Below, in pieces: positions 1 to 9,891 of a stretch of 64,000 nt of DNA; positions within the stretch are counted from its first letter, which is position 1, and each line of letters begins with the position of its first letter. The DNA lies in the NCBI GenBank assembly GCA_947364045.1, contig CANARN010000003.1:2883-66882 (forward strand), given 5' to 3'. The stretch comes from an uncultured Clostridia bacterium (GTDB taxonomy: Bacteria > Bacillota > Clostridia > Oscillospirales > Acutalibacteraceae). The position numbers were made by a program, and so were the translations under genes. A model generated the notes under the pieces. That model searched no databases. It had not been told where the DNA came from and saw only the letters and a program-made list of their open reading frames with translations.

Positions 1-201
1 CTTGAAATGACAGAGGGCTACTGCACAAGAATGGCTCTTGACGAGAACGATGAGGTTATCGGCTATGAATTCGTTTCTCTCGGCAAGATGACCGACTTTA
101 TCAAAAAGGGTATGGAACCCAACGAAGCATACGAAAAATCAATCGGCACATACGGCAGATTCGCAGAAGCTGCAAAGTATATTGACCCGAGAAAAGAATA
201 A
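1..201 (+). CDS. 3' end of an unidentified protein-coding gene (5' part lies outside the window)
   Basis: Frame 1 is open from base 1 to the TAA at 199-201. It ends 18 nt before the GGGtGRT gene on the same strand. No family recognised from the visible residues. Confidence 0.4.
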   Translation, partial: LEMTEGYCTRMALDENDEVIGYEFVSLGKMTDFIKKGMEPNEAYEKSIGTYGRFAEAAKYIDPRKE

Positions 202-219
202 GAAAGGGAGGATTTCACA

Positions 220-1221
220 ATGGCACAGTTTGAAGGTTACGAAAGACGTGAGGCTAAAATCCTCGCAACTCTTAAGGAATACGGCATTTCATCAATTGAT
301 GAGTGCAAAGAAATTTGCGACGCTAAGGGTATTGACCCTTATACAATCGTACAGGAAACACAGCCTATCTGCTTTGAAAATGCAAAATGGGCTTACACAG
401 TAGGCGCTGCAATCGCTATTAAATCAGGCTGCAAAAAGGCTGCTGACGCTGCCGCCGCTATAGGCGTTGGTCTTCAGAGCTTCTGCATTCCCGGTTCTGT
501 TGCCGAAAACCGTAAGGTAGGTCTCGGTCACGGAAACTTAGGTAAAATGCTTCTTTCAGAAGAGACAGAGTGCTTCTGCTTCCTTGCAGGCCACGAAAGC
601 TTTGCCGCTGCTGAAGGCGCAATCAAAATTGCTCTTAACGCTAACAAGGTTCGTGAGAACAAGCTCCGCGTTATTCTTAACGGTCTCGGCAAGGACGCCG
701 CTTATATCATTTCAAGAATCAACGGCTTCACATATTGCGAAACCGAATTTGACCCCTATACCGAAACAGTTACCGTTACTGAGCAGAAGCCCTTCTCAAA
801 CGGTCCGAGAGCAGACGTTAAGTGCTACGGCGCTGACAACGTTCCCGAAGGCGTTGCAATTATGAAGCTTGAGAACGTAGGCGTTTCAATCACAGGTAAC
901 TCAACAAACCCGACACGTTTCCAGCACCCCGTTGCAGGCACATACAAGAAATGGTGCGTTGAGAACGGCGTTAACTATTTCTCAGTAGCTTCCGGCGGCG
1001 GTACAGGCAGAACGCTTCACCCCGACAATATGGCGGCAGGTCCCTCAAGCTACGGCTTAACCGACACTATGGGCAGAATGCACTCAGATGCTCAGTTCGC
1101 AGGTTCTTCATCAGTTCCCGCTCACGTTGAAATGATGGGACTTATCGGCATGGGTAACAACCCAATGGTTGGTGCAACCGTTGCAGTTGCAGTTGCAGTT
1201 GAAGAGGCAATGAAAGCATAA
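220..1221 (+). CDS. GGGtGRT-motif protein (conserved family of unknown function)
   Basis: 333 aa containing the eponymous ASGGGTGRTLHPDN motif. SD GGGAGG lies 8 nt upstream of the ATG. Confidence 0.85.
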   Translation: MAQFEGYERREAKILATLKEYGISSIDECKEICDAKGIDPYTIVQETQPICFENAKWAYTVGAAIAIKSGCKKAADAAAAIGVGLQSFCIPGSVAENRKVGLGHGNLGKMLLSEETECFCFLAGHESFAAAEGAIKIALNANKVRENKLRVILNGLGKDAAYIISRINGFTYCETEFDPYTETVTVTEQKPFSNGPRADVKCYGADNVPEGVAIMKLENVGVSITGNSTNPTRFQHPVAGTYKKWCVENGVNYFSVASGGGTGRTLHPDNMAAGPSSYGLTDTMGRMHSDAQFAGSSSVPAHVEMMGLIGMGNNPMVGATVAVAVAVEEAMKA

Positions 1222-1282
1222 TTTTGCTTTATCTGAATTCAATACTGTAAAACTCTGATTTGAGTTTTAGTGATAAGCTTAC

Positions 1283-1325
1283 ATTACCCGTTTCAATCAG
1301 AAACGGGTAATGATTTGCTTTTTTG
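1283..1325 (+). terminator. Rho-independent terminator after the GGGtGRT gene
   Basis: ATTACCCGTTT / AAACGGGTAAT 11-bp stem with a 7-nt loop, followed by a T6 run. Confidence 0.7.
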
Positions 1326-1375
1326 GGAAAAAACAAATTAAAATTATATACTTTACTTTTAAAGGCGATATTAAT

Positions 1376-1816
1376 ATGAAAAAGAAAATTGCAATTATGT
1401 GGATTTTGACTGCGCTTTGCTTTATTTCAGCAGTTGTTTTTTGGTTTTTAATGAACAATTCAAAGGTAACCTATACAGAAGTTGACGCCGTTGTTACAAG
1501 CACCGGCGTTAAACAAGTTATAAATAAAAGCACAGGCAATAAAACAGATTTTTATGAAGTTAAAGTAGAATATAACGGTGAAGAATATGAGCTTCAGAAT
1601 GTTCACGGACTGGCAGGATATTATAAAGGCAAAACAGTAAAAGCTCTGCTGTCAAACAACAAACTATATGCGAATGTTGAGGGAATAAAATCAACATCTC
1701 CCGTTGCAACTGTATATTTTGTATTTCTGTTCGGAACACTTATAATGCTTACGGTATCGGCTTCATATACATCAAAAGCCAAAAAGCAAAAGCAGAAAAA
1801 TCAAATAACAGATTAA
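1376..1816 (+). CDS. Small membrane protein (TM - soluble beta-rich segment - TM; DUF3592-like layout)
   Basis: The internal ATG at 1376 (MKKKIAIMW...) begins a hydrophobic helix. A second helix lies near the C-terminus, followed by a Lys-rich tail. The family call is tentative. Confidence 0.55.
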   Translation: MKKKIAIMWILTALCFISAVVFWFLMNNSKVTYTEVDAVVTSTGVKQVINKSTGNKTDFYEVKVEYNGEEYELQNVHGLAGYYKGKTVKALLSNNKLYANVEGIKSTSPVATVYFVFLFGTLIMLTVSASYTSKAKKQKQKNQITD

Positions 1817-1842
1817 AAAGCAATATTTTTAAATGCTCAAGG

Positions 1843-1873
1843 CCACCCGACAAATTCACAAACGGGTGGTTTT
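1843..1873 (+). terminator. Rho-independent terminator
   Basis: CCACCCG ... CGGGTGG stem followed by TTTT. Confidence 0.6.
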
Positions 1874-1915
1874 AATTTAACTTGTGAATTTTTCGGAAAT
1901 TTTTACCGTTGCGTA

Positions 1916-1972
1916 TTGACATATAAATTTTCGGTGATATAATGATTAAGCGATTAACAGTTAAGCGACTAA
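1916..1972 (+). promoter_or_regulatory. Sigma-A type promoter plus tandem 12-bp repeats (probable MarR operator)
   Basis: TTGACA (1916-1921), 16-nt spacer, TG-extended TATAAT (1938-1943). Two direct repeats follow: TTAAGCGATTAA (1946-1957) and TTAAGCGACTAA (1961-1972), each TTAA-N4-TTAA. They lie just upstream of the MarR gene. Confidence 0.5.
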
Positions 1973-1992
1973 TTATTTTTTTGAGGTAGTGT

Positions 1993-2481
1993 ATGGACAA
2001 CAAAAACGAAAAGGAAAAAGAGCTTTGTGATATGCTCCATTTCCTGAATATCTGCGAAAGACGCATAGTTGACCGTTTGCTTGAGGAGAAAGGCATTTAC
2101 TTCGGTCAGCCGCCGATTTTATGCTATTTAAGCCATAACCCGAATGCCACTCAAAAAGAGATTGCGGATTCTCTGAATATTTCTCCTGCTTCTGTGGCAG
2201 TGTCCGTTAAAAGATTGGAAAAATCGGGACTTATTTCACGTGAAACAGATAAGGCTGACGCCCGTCGCAACAATCTTTCTTTAACGGAAAAGGGCGCGGA
2301 GCTGGATTCTTTTGCGCGGCAAAGCTTTTCTTCGGTTGACAGCGCCAAAATTTCAGGTCTTTCCGACGATGAAATTTCTTTTATGCTGTCTGTAATAAAA
2401 AAGATGACAGACAATCTCACAGAGCATTTCCCCGAAAAAAACAAACATTCATTTAAGCAAAAGGAGGAAAATGATGTTTAA
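1993..2481 (+). CDS. MarR-family transcriptional regulator
   Basis: 162 aa with a winged-HTH signature (QKEIADSLNISPASVAVSVKRLEKSGLISRETDKADARRNNLSLTEKG). Overlaps the start of the ABC gene. Confidence 0.85.
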   Translation: MDNKNEKEKELCDMLHFLNICERRIVDRLLEEKGIYFGQPPILCYLSHNPNATQKEIADSLNISPASVAVSVKRLEKSGLISRETDKADARRNNLSLTEKGAELDSFARQSFSSVDSAKISGLSDDEISFMLSVIKKMTDNLTEHFPEKNKHSFKQKEENDV

Positions 2482-4243
2482 GCTTTTAAAATACGCTGAC
2501 AAATACAAGGTTTATGCATTTATCTGCCCTGTTTTGATGATAGGCGAGGTTATGTTTGAACTGCTTATTCCACAGGTTATGGCAGATATTGTTGAAACAA
2601 TTCTCTTAACCGAAAACGCAGACGCTGCAGCGCAGAGCGCCGCTATACACGACATTTTTGCATACGGCGGAAAAATGCTCATTTTTGCAATTTGCTCGCT
2701 TTGCTGCGGCTCGCTTGCCGCAAGAGTCGGTGCAGTGGCAGGAATGGGCTTCGGAGCAAGTCTGCGCCACGGACTTATGGAAAAATTGCAGACCTTTTCA
2801 TTCTCAAATATCGACAAATTCTCAACAGCGTCGCTCATTACGAGAATGACAACCGATGTCAATACGGTTCAAAACACATTTTTAATGCTGATTAGAATAT
2901 TTTTCCGCGCGCCGATTATGCTCGTATCCGCTTTGATACTTTGCATACGAATGAGTCCCGAGGTTGCAAGCGTATTTGCGGTTGCGCTCCCGATTATTGT
3001 TATTGTGCTTGCAATTTTTGCGCCCATTGCAATAAAGCGTTTCCGTATTATGCTGAAAAAATTCGATAAATTCAACGCGTCTATTCAGGAAAATTTCACC
3101 AATATCCGTGTTGTAAAGGCGTTTGTACGAACAGATTACGAAAAGAAGAAATTTAAGAACTCAAACGACAATCTTACCGAATCTGCAATCAGCGCAGAAA
3201 AAATAATGGTTTTGGGCGAGCCGGCTTTAATGCTTCTTATGTACCTTACCATTACGGCAATTGTTATTATCGCGACAAAATCAATATCCGAAATGAAGCT
3301 TGAAGTCGGTCAGTTTACGGCTATTTTCACTTACGCTTTCCAAATTTTAATGTCCTTCCTTATGACAATTATGATTTTGGCTCAGTTCTTTATGGCAGAG
3401 GCAAGCGCCAAGCGTATAGGTGAGGTGCTGAATGAAGAGCCGGATATTAAAGACCCTGAAAATCCGATTAAAGAAGTATCGGACGGCAGTGTGGAATTTA
3501 AAAATGTATCCTTCCGTTACGGCAGCGGCGGCGATGTTATTAAAGATGTTTCCTTTAAAATCAACAGCGGCGAAATGATTGGAATTATGGGCGCAACGGG
3601 CAGTTCAAAATCATCAGTAGTTCAGCTCATACCAAGGCTTTACGATACTGCCTCGGGTGAGGTGCTTGTCGGCGGAAGAAATGTTAAGGAATATTCCGTT
3701 TACGGTCTTCGTGAGGCGGTAAGTATGGTTCTTCAAAAGAATGTGCTTTTCTCAGGCACAATAGCAGAAAATCTTCGCTGGGGCAATAAAAATGCTACGG
3801 ACGAAGAGCTTAAAAAGGCTTGCGAAATTTCCGATGCGCTTTCCTTTGTTGAGTCCTTCCCCGACGGGTTTAATACAGACCTCGGTCAGGGCGGCGTTAA
3901 TGTTTCGGGCGGTCAGAAACAGCGTCTTTGCATTGCAAGGGCAATTCTTAAAAATCCGAAAATACTCATTCTTGACGACTCCACAAGCGCTGTTGACACG
4001 GCGACTGACGCACGCATAAGGTCTGCTCTTCGCAAATACACGCCCGACACCACAAAAATTATTATTGCGCAAAGAATTTCTTCCGTTTCTGACTGCGACA
4101 AGATAATTATTCTTGACGGCGGTGCTATTGCGGATATCGGAACGCACAAGGAGCTTTTAGAGCGCAGTGAAATTTACAGAGATATTTATGACGCGCAGCA
4201 AAAGGGCTGCGATGAATTTGAAGCTGAAAGGAGTGAGCAGTAA
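2471..4243 (+). CDS. ABC exporter, fused permease/ATPase subunit (multidrug/lipid type)
   Basis: 590 aa. N-terminal 6-TM domain, Walker A GATGSSKSS, signature VSGGQKQR, Walker B ILILDDSTSAVD. Confidence 0.9.
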   Translation: MMFKLLKYADKYKVYAFICPVLMIGEVMFELLIPQVMADIVETILLTENADAAAQSAAIHDIFAYGGKMLIFAICSLCCGSLAARVGAVAGMGFGASLRHGLMEKLQTFSFSNIDKFSTASLITRMTTDVNTVQNTFLMLIRIFFRAPIMLVSALILCIRMSPEVASVFAVALPIIVIVLAIFAPIAIKRFRIMLKKFDKFNASIQENFTNIRVVKAFVRTDYEKKKFKNSNDNLTESAISAEKIMVLGEPALMLLMYLTITAIVIIATKSISEMKLEVGQFTAIFTYAFQILMSFLMTIMILAQFFMAEASAKRIGEVLNEEPDIKDPENPIKEVSDGSVEFKNVSFRYGSGGDVIKDVSFKINSGEMIGIMGATGSSKSSVVQLIPRLYDTASGEVLVGGRNVKEYSVYGLREAVSMVLQKNVLFSGTIAENLRWGNKNATDEELKKACEISDALSFVESFPDGFNTDLGQGGVNVSGGQKQRLCIARAILKNPKILILDDSTSAVDTATDARIRSALRKYTPDTTKIIIAQRISSVSDCDKIIILDGGAIADIGTHKELLERSEIYRDIYDAQQKGCDEFEAERSEQ

Positions 4244-6144
4244 TGCCGGGACCCGAACGCAGAAACCGTCCGCCTGTGGCAAAGCCTAAAAACACAGGTG
4301 CAACGGTTAAAAGACTTCTGAAATATTTAGGCGAAGAAAAAAAGCTTCTTATCGGAGTAATTACTCTGGTAATTTTAAGTTCGCTGGCAACTGTTGCAAT
4401 ATCGGTTTTCATTGAGCCGATAGTTGACGATTTGCTTACTCCCGCCATAGGAAAGGGATTTTCATGGTCGCTTTTCAACGGAGTAAAAAAACAGATAATT
4501 CTTATGGCGATTATCTCCGTAGTCAGTGTTATCGCCTCATACGGCAAAGCAAAATGCTCGGTTTACCTTACGGCAAGAACAATGAATCTTTTCCGCAGGG
4601 ATATATTTGACTCGGTTTCGGATTTGCCGATAAAATTCTATGATTCACGTCCCAACGGCGAAATTATGAGCCGTTTCACAAACGATGTTGAGTCAGTAAG
4701 AATGTTTCTTTCCCAGGGGCTTCCTCAGCTTGTTTCCTCGACTATAACCATAGCAGGCTCGTTTATCGTAATGCTTTATTACAGCCCTGTTCTTACTCTT
4801 CTTGTAATAGTAATGGTCGCGCTTATGGTTTTCCTCACAAAAGTACTCGGCAAAAAAAGCTCATATTATTTCAAAAAGCAGCAGCAGGACTTAGGCGTTG
4901 TTAACGGCTATATTGAAGAAATGATAGAGGGGCAAAAGGTTGTTAAGGTTTTTAACCGTGAGGAAGAAACCGTAGAAAAATTCAATGAAATAAATGAAAA
5001 TTTACGTAAGGCTTCAACGGGCGCTAACACCTTTGCAAGCATACTTATGCCTCTTATGAACAACCTTTCCCATGTGAATTACGCAATAACAGCCGCAGTG
5101 GGCGGAATGTTAGCGGTAAGGGGTATTCTTTCACCGGGCAGTATAGTTGCGTTTTTGCAAAATTCAAAGAACTTTTCACAGCCCATTTCAAACCTTTCAC
5201 AGCAGTTTAACAATGCGATTATGGCAATTGCAGGCGCAGAGCGTATTTTTGAATACCTTGACGAACAGCCCGAAACAGACGAAGGCTATGTAACTCTTGT
5301 AAATGCCCGTAAGGACGAAAACGGCGTAATTGCAGAATGTCCCGAGCATACAGGAATTTGGGCGTGGAAGCACGTTCACCAGGCAGACGGCACTGTTGAA
5401 TACAAGGAGCTTCAGGGTAAGGTGGAATTTGAAAATGTTACCTTCTCCTATGACGGTAAAAAGACCGTGCTTAACGACATTTCGCTTTATGCAAAGCCCG
5501 GTCAGAAAATAGCCTTTGTCGGCTCAACGGGAGCGGGCAAAACAACCATAACAAATCTTATTAACCGTTTCTACGACATAAACAACGGCAAAATAAGATA
5601 TGACGGAATAAATATTCAGAAGATTAAAAAAGACGACCTTCGCCGTTCACTCGGTATGGTTTTACAGGATACGCATTTGTTCACCGGCACGGTAAGAGAC
5701 AATATCCGTTACGGTAATTTGGAGGCTACCGACGAGCAGATTGAAGCTGCCGCTCGGCTTGCAAACGCCCACGAATTCATTATGGCTCTGCCCAACGGCT
5801 ATGACACCGTTCTCGGCTCAGACGGCGGAAATCTTTCTCAGGGTCAACGCCAGCTTCTGTCCATTGCCCGTGCCGCTGTTTCAGACCCGCCCGTACTGAT
5901 TTTGGACGAGGCGACAAGCTCAATTGACACCAGAACAGAAAAGCTTATTGAGCAGGGTATGGATAAGCTTATGGCAGGCAGAACCGTGTTTGTTATTGCC
6001 CACCGTCTTTCAACCGTCCGCAATGCAAACGCCATTATGGTGCTTGAAAACGGAGAGATTATTGAACGCGGAGACCATGACGATTTGCTCTCTCAAAAGG
6101 GCAGATATTATCAGCTTTATACAGGTCAGTTTGAGCTTTCATAA
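4243..6144 (+). CDS. ABC exporter, fused permease/ATPase subunit (heterodimer partner)
   Basis: 633 aa. Walker A GSTGAGKTT, signature LSQGQRQ, Walker B LILDEATSSID. Its start overlaps the stop of the previous gene (ATG at the TAATG junction). Confidence 0.9.
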   Translation: MPGPERRNRPPVAKPKNTGATVKRLLKYLGEEKKLLIGVITLVILSSLATVAISVFIEPIVDDLLTPAIGKGFSWSLFNGVKKQIILMAIISVVSVIASYGKAKCSVYLTARTMNLFRRDIFDSVSDLPIKFYDSRPNGEIMSRFTNDVESVRMFLSQGLPQLVSSTITIAGSFIVMLYYSPVLTLLVIVMVALMVFLTKVLGKKSSYYFKKQQQDLGVVNGYIEEMIEGQKVVKVFNREEETVEKFNEINENLRKASTGANTFASILMPLMNNLSHVNYAITAAVGGMLAVRGILSPGSIVAFLQNSKNFSQPISNLSQQFNNAIMAIAGAERIFEYLDEQPETDEGYVTLVNARKDENGVIAECPEHTGIWAWKHVHQADGTVEYKELQGKVEFENVTFSYDGKKTVLNDISLYAKPGQKIAFVGSTGAGKTTITNLINRFYDINNGKIRYDGINIQKIKKDDLRRSLGMVLQDTHLFTGTVRDNIRYGNLEATDEQIEAAARLANAHEFIMALPNGYDTVLGSDGGNLSQGQRQLLSIARAAVSDPPVLILDEATSSIDTRTEKLIEQGMDKLMAGRTVFVIAHRLSTVRNANAIMVLENGEIIERGDHDDLLSQKGRYYQLYTGQFELS

Positions 6145-6184
6145 AGGAATATTTATATAAAATCAGCAGAAAGGCAGGTCTATT

Positions 6185-6514
6185 ATGAACGGAATGAAAA
6201 ATATTACCAAATCAGAGGTCACAGTATTAAAAAGCTTGGTTGAATACTGCGAGGGGCAGGTTGTCAGCAAAACGCTGGCTCAGAACGATGCTGTCAGCGT
6301 AACGCTTTTCTCTTTTGACAAGGGCGAGGAAATCAGCACCCACGAATCAGGCGGAGATGCGCTTGTAACCTGTCTTGATGGCGTAGGCAGAATAACAATT
6401 GACGGCAAAGAATATGAGCTTTGCGAGGGTCAGTCCATTGTAATGCCCGCAAAGCACCCCCACGCGGTTTTCGGTAAGGAGCAGTTCAAAATGCTACTTG
6501 TTGTTGTATTTTAA
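6185..6514 (+). CDS. Cupin domain protein
   Basis: 109 aa with cupin motifs (HESGGDALV ... G.SIVMPAKHPHAV). Confidence 0.75.
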   Translation: MNGMKNITKSEVTVLKSLVEYCEGQVVSKTLAQNDAVSVTLFSFDKGEEISTHESGGDALVTCLDGVGRITIDGKEYELCEGQSIVMPAKHPHAVFGKEQFKMLLVVVF

Positions 6515-6532
6515 TATACGGAGAAACGAAGA

Positions 6533-7369
6533 ATGAACAATTCAGAAGGCTTTACTATATCAAAAGAGGATTACGAGGAGCCGTGCTGTCCTCTTAAAAT
6601 GAATATAAATCAAACCGTGACGCCTATCCCCGTGGGCAGAGCGCTTGCCAAGGTAGATGAGCATTTAAGCCGAAACGACTATATTTCAGCTGAAAAAACG
6701 CTCGACTATTGGCACGAAGAGGCTAAATTCGGCAATGACAAACGGGGAGAATTAACAATTCTCAATGAAAAAGTCGGACTTTACAGAAAAACAGGACAAA
6801 AAGAAAAATGCTTTTCCGCAATAAACAGCTGTCTTGCCTTAGCAGAAGACTGTGAATTTGCAAACACGGTTACAAAGGGTACTACATTTCTTAACTGTGC
6901 TACGGGTTACTGCGCATTTGACGAATATGAAAAGGCATTGCTGCTTTACGAAAAAGCCGCTGAAATTTACGAAAAATATTTAAAAAGCACTGATGAACGC
7001 CTCGGCGGACTTTACAACAACACGGCAATCTGCCTTATGCGTCTTAATGAATATGAAAAAGCCCGACTTCTTTTCAATAAAGCAATTGAAATTATGTCGA
7101 AAGCAGAAAACGGTGAGGGCGAAATTGCTGTAACCTATTGTAATTTAGCCGATTTGGAAGCCGCGCAAAACGGGCTTGAGCAGGCTGAAAGCAAGATAAA
7201 CGAGTATCTTGAAAAGGCGGAGGAGCTTTTAAACACAAGCAGCCTGTCGCATGACGGCAACTATGCTTTTATCTGTGAAAAATGCGCAGGCACATTCGGT
7301 TATTACGGATTTTTTATGACAGAAAAGGAACTTTTAAAGCGTGCGGAGGAAATTTATGAACGGACTTGA
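6533..7369 (+). CDS. Tetratricopeptide-repeat protein
   Basis: 278 aa with repeated A..YEKA...Y.KA helical-pair motifs (ALLLYEKAAEIYEKY, ARLLFNKAIEIM). Confidence 0.7.
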   Translation: MNNSEGFTISKEDYEEPCCPLKMNINQTVTPIPVGRALAKVDEHLSRNDYISAEKTLDYWHEEAKFGNDKRGELTILNEKVGLYRKTGQKEKCFSAINSCLALAEDCEFANTVTKGTTFLNCATGYCAFDEYEKALLLYEKAAEIYEKYLKSTDERLGGLYNNTAICLMRLNEYEKARLLFNKAIEIMSKAENGEGEIAVTYCNLADLEAAQNGLEQAESKINEYLEKAEELLNTSSLSHDGNYAFICEKCAGTFGYYGFFMTEKELLKRAEEIYERT

Positions 7370-8300
7370 GCTTTCAAAGGGATTTTATGAGGAGTACGGA
7401 AAACCGATGCTGGAACATGATTTTGCCGACATTCTGCCGTTCCTTGCCGCAGGGTTTGCGGGCAGCGGCTCAGAGCATTTGGGATATGACGATGAAATTT
7501 CACAGGATCACGATTTTGAACCCGGGTTCTGCATTTTTCTGCCCTCTGAGGACATTGTCGACCGCAGAACTGCATTTCTTTTGGAGCGCGCATACGAAAA
7601 ACTGCCTAAAGAGTATATGGGTGTTAAAAGGCAGAGAATTTCTCCCGTCGGCGGTAACAGAAACGGAGTTTTGCGAACATCCGAATTTTACATTTCAAAA
7701 ACAGGCGCACCTGACGGCGTTCTTTCAAATGAAGCTTGGCTTAATTTGCCGGACTACGCGCTTTTGGAAGCGACAAACGGCGAAGTGTATTTTGACAATT
7801 TGGGCGAATTTACAAAAATACGCAATATACTTCAAAATCAGCCTGATGACGTAAAATTGAAAAAGCTTGCGGGTAATCTTCTTTTAATGGCGCAGTCGGG
7901 GCAGTACAATTTCACCCGTTGTCTGAATCACGGCGAAAAGCAGGCGGCGCAGCTTGCGCTGTTTGAATTTGTAAATGCAGCGATGAAAGCTGTTTTCATT
8001 TTAAATAACCGATATATGCCCTACTACAAATGGAGCTTCCGCGCGCTCAGTGAGCTTGACACAGACGACTTTTACAATGATAATCTGTCTCTTCTGCTTT
8101 ACGGCGACAACAACGATTTTGACGTTGCCGATTTAAAATATGAGGCAGTCGAAAAAATTGCGGGCAGAATAATTGATATTTTACAGGAAAGAAATCTTAC
8201 AAAGGCAATCTGCGGCGATTTGGAAAAACACGCATACAGCGTTAATGACAGAATATCAGACTCACAATTGCGCAATCTTAACATATTAGCAGGTGTATAG
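7356..8300 (+). CDS. DUF4037-like (nucleotidyltransferase-associated) protein
   Basis: ATG at 7356 is preferred because GGAGG lies 6 nt upstream. The N-terminus MNGLELSKGFYEEYGKPML...GSGSEHLGYDDEISQDHDF resembles DUF4037 proteins, which often follow a TPR gene. The call comes from memory of the family only. Confidence 0.55.
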   Translation: MNGLELSKGFYEEYGKPMLEHDFADILPFLAAGFAGSGSEHLGYDDEISQDHDFEPGFCIFLPSEDIVDRRTAFLLERAYEKLPKEYMGVKRQRISPVGGNRNGVLRTSEFYISKTGAPDGVLSNEAWLNLPDYALLEATNGEVYFDNLGEFTKIRNILQNQPDDVKLKKLAGNLLLMAQSGQYNFTRCLNHGEKQAAQLALFEFVNAAMKAVFILNNRYMPYYKWSFRALSELDTDDFYNDNLSLLLYGDNNDFDVADLKYEAVEKIAGRIIDILQERNLTKAICGDLEKHAYSVNDRISDSQLRNLNILAGV

Positions 8301-8354
8301 TCCAAAATTCAATACAGTAAAAGGAATCGTTTTCACATAAATTATATTAAGCAA

Positions 8355-8393
8355 AACCGGCAGTTCAAAATCGAACCGCCGGTTAATACTTTT
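8355..8393. terminator. Hairpin between convergent genes (possible bidirectional terminator)
   Basis: AACCGGC ... GCCGGTT stem with a 16-nt loop. A T5 run lies a few nt downstream. Confidence 0.4.
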
Positions 8394-8404
8394 TAATGTT
8401 AGCT

Positions 8405-9391
8405 TTATATGGAGTTTGCAAATTCAAGTATTTCCTCTGCAAAAATCTTATTCCACTTTTCGCTTTCTTCCCACTGAGGTGTATGCCCCGACTTTTCAAA
8501 CAGATAGAATTTTTTATATGGGGCGTCAAGCTGTTCAAGCCACTTCTCTGCTAAACTTGATACGGTATTATAATCGTATTTTCCCATAGTTATGAAAACA
8601 GGAACTTGGAGCGTCTTAACCTCGTTAAGAAAATCCACCTTTTCGTGACCGAGAGGCTGTGAAAGGCAGTATGTATTTGCACTTACGTAATTCAGCATTG
8701 TGAAAAATGAGTATTCCTTGAACATACACGGTATTTTAGGCAGTGTATTTATAACGGAGTTACCGTATTTCCCGTACAGAATACCGCCGAATTTGTTAAG
8801 ATAATTCCGCTGAAGCAGTAGCTTATCATCCTTATAAAATCCGTTAACAGGCGGACCGATTTCTTTCAAAACCTTTAATGCCCTTTTGTCGTTCCTTTTC
8901 TCAGCTTGTTCAACAGTGTATTTCCACGAAATTGTTTCATTATTTGCTGCGTCAATAACCTGCCCTATGCCGACATAAGTTAAAATGTTTTCAGGGTGAA
9001 TTTGAGCATACCAAACGCCAAGCTGTGAGCCAAACGAGTGACCGACAATTATAATTTTGTCTTTGTTAAATCTCTTCTTTAAATATTCAACCACACTGTG
9101 CAGGTCATTGAGATATAACTCTTTCGTTAGGATTTCTTTCTTTGCAGTTTTGCGGTTATACGCAAGTCCTGCGCCGCGCTGGTCCCAACAAACCATCGTG
9201 CATTTTTCTGATAATGAGGAGTTCCATTTCATAATAAACGGCCGGTCAGCAGCACCGTAACCGCCGTGCAGAAACAGAACAACTGGGTTAGATATATCCT
9301 GCGAGCGAATTCGCAAACAGTAATCTGTGCCGTCAATATAAACGGTTTCCGCCGAATCGTATTTGTAGTTTGTTTTATAGCTCTTTCCCAT
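8405..9391 (-). CDS. Alpha/beta-fold hydrolase (proline iminopeptidase-like)
   Basis: 328 aa. Oxyanion LFLHGG, nucleophile elbow GHSFGS, C-terminal GH. Confidence 0.8.
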   Translation of the reverse strand: MGKSYKTNYKYDSAETVYIDGTDYCLRIRSQDISNPVVLFLHGGYGAADRPFIMKWNSSLSEKCTMVCWDQRGAGLAYNRKTAKKEILTKELYLNDLHSVVEYLKKRFNKDKIIIVGHSFGSQLGVWYAQIHPENILTYVGIGQVIDAANNETISWKYTVEQAEKRNDKRALKVLKEIGPPVNGFYKDDKLLLQRNYLNKFGGILYGKYGNSVINTLPKIPCMFKEYSFFTMLNYVSANTYCLSQPLGHEKVDFLNEVKTLQVPVFITMGKYDYNTVSSLAEKWLEQLDAPYKKFYLFEKSGHTPQWEESEKWNKIFAEEILEFANSI

Positions 9392-9478
9392 ATACCCACC
9401 CCGTAAATTATGTTATTTTTATATTAACACATAATAATAATTTCAATAAATTAAATGATTAGTAATTAAGTTGCGGGC

Positions 9479-9511
9479 AAAAAACTAACGCACCCCACTT
9501 CGTGAGGTGCG
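9479..9511 (-). terminator. Rho-independent terminator closing the ssrA-repeat region
   Basis: In minus sense: CGCACC-TCACGAAGTGG-GGTGCG followed by TTAGTTTTTT. Confidence 0.55.
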
Positions 9512-9535
9512 CAACTTGTATGTGGCACTTGCCGC

Positions 9536-9714
9536 TGGTGGAGATGGCGGAAACCGAAGCTGCGCTTCGTTCAGTTGCTTCGCAACCCTTCGCATTTTTG
9601 TGTCCGTACGGCTCTGCCTTGCGGCATACCGCCGTACATGGACTGTCGCGGTTTCGATTATCTAACTGTAATTTACGATATAAAAAAGGCGCCCAAAAGG
9701 ACGCCTTATTTATA
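9536..9714 (-). repeat. ssrA-3'-end-bearing tandem unit 1 (179 bp)
   Basis: In minus sense it begins with a copy of the ssrA terminator hairpin (9682-9707) and ends with CCGCCATCTCCACCA (9536-9550), which is identical to the last 15 nt of tmRNA. Confidence 0.85.
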
Positions 9715-9891
9715 TGGTGGAGATGGCGGAAACCGAAGCTTCGCTTCGTACGGTTGCTTTGCAACCCTTCGCATTTTTATGTCCGCCTCGCTCTGCTGCC
9801 GCAAACCGCTCGGCATGGACTTATACGGTTTCGATTACCTAACTGTAATTTACGATATAAAAAAGGCGCCCAAAAGGACGCCTTATTTATA
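9715..9891 (-). repeat. ssrA-3'-end-bearing tandem unit 2 (177 bp)
   Basis: Same architecture as unit 1. The ends are near-identical and the central ~45 nt have diverged. The 15-mer lies at 9715-9729. Confidence 0.85.
9859..9884 (-). terminator. ssrA terminator
   Basis: In minus sense: AAGGCGTCC-TTTT-GGGCGCCTT followed by T6, beginning 8 nt after the tmRNA CCA end. Confidence 0.7.
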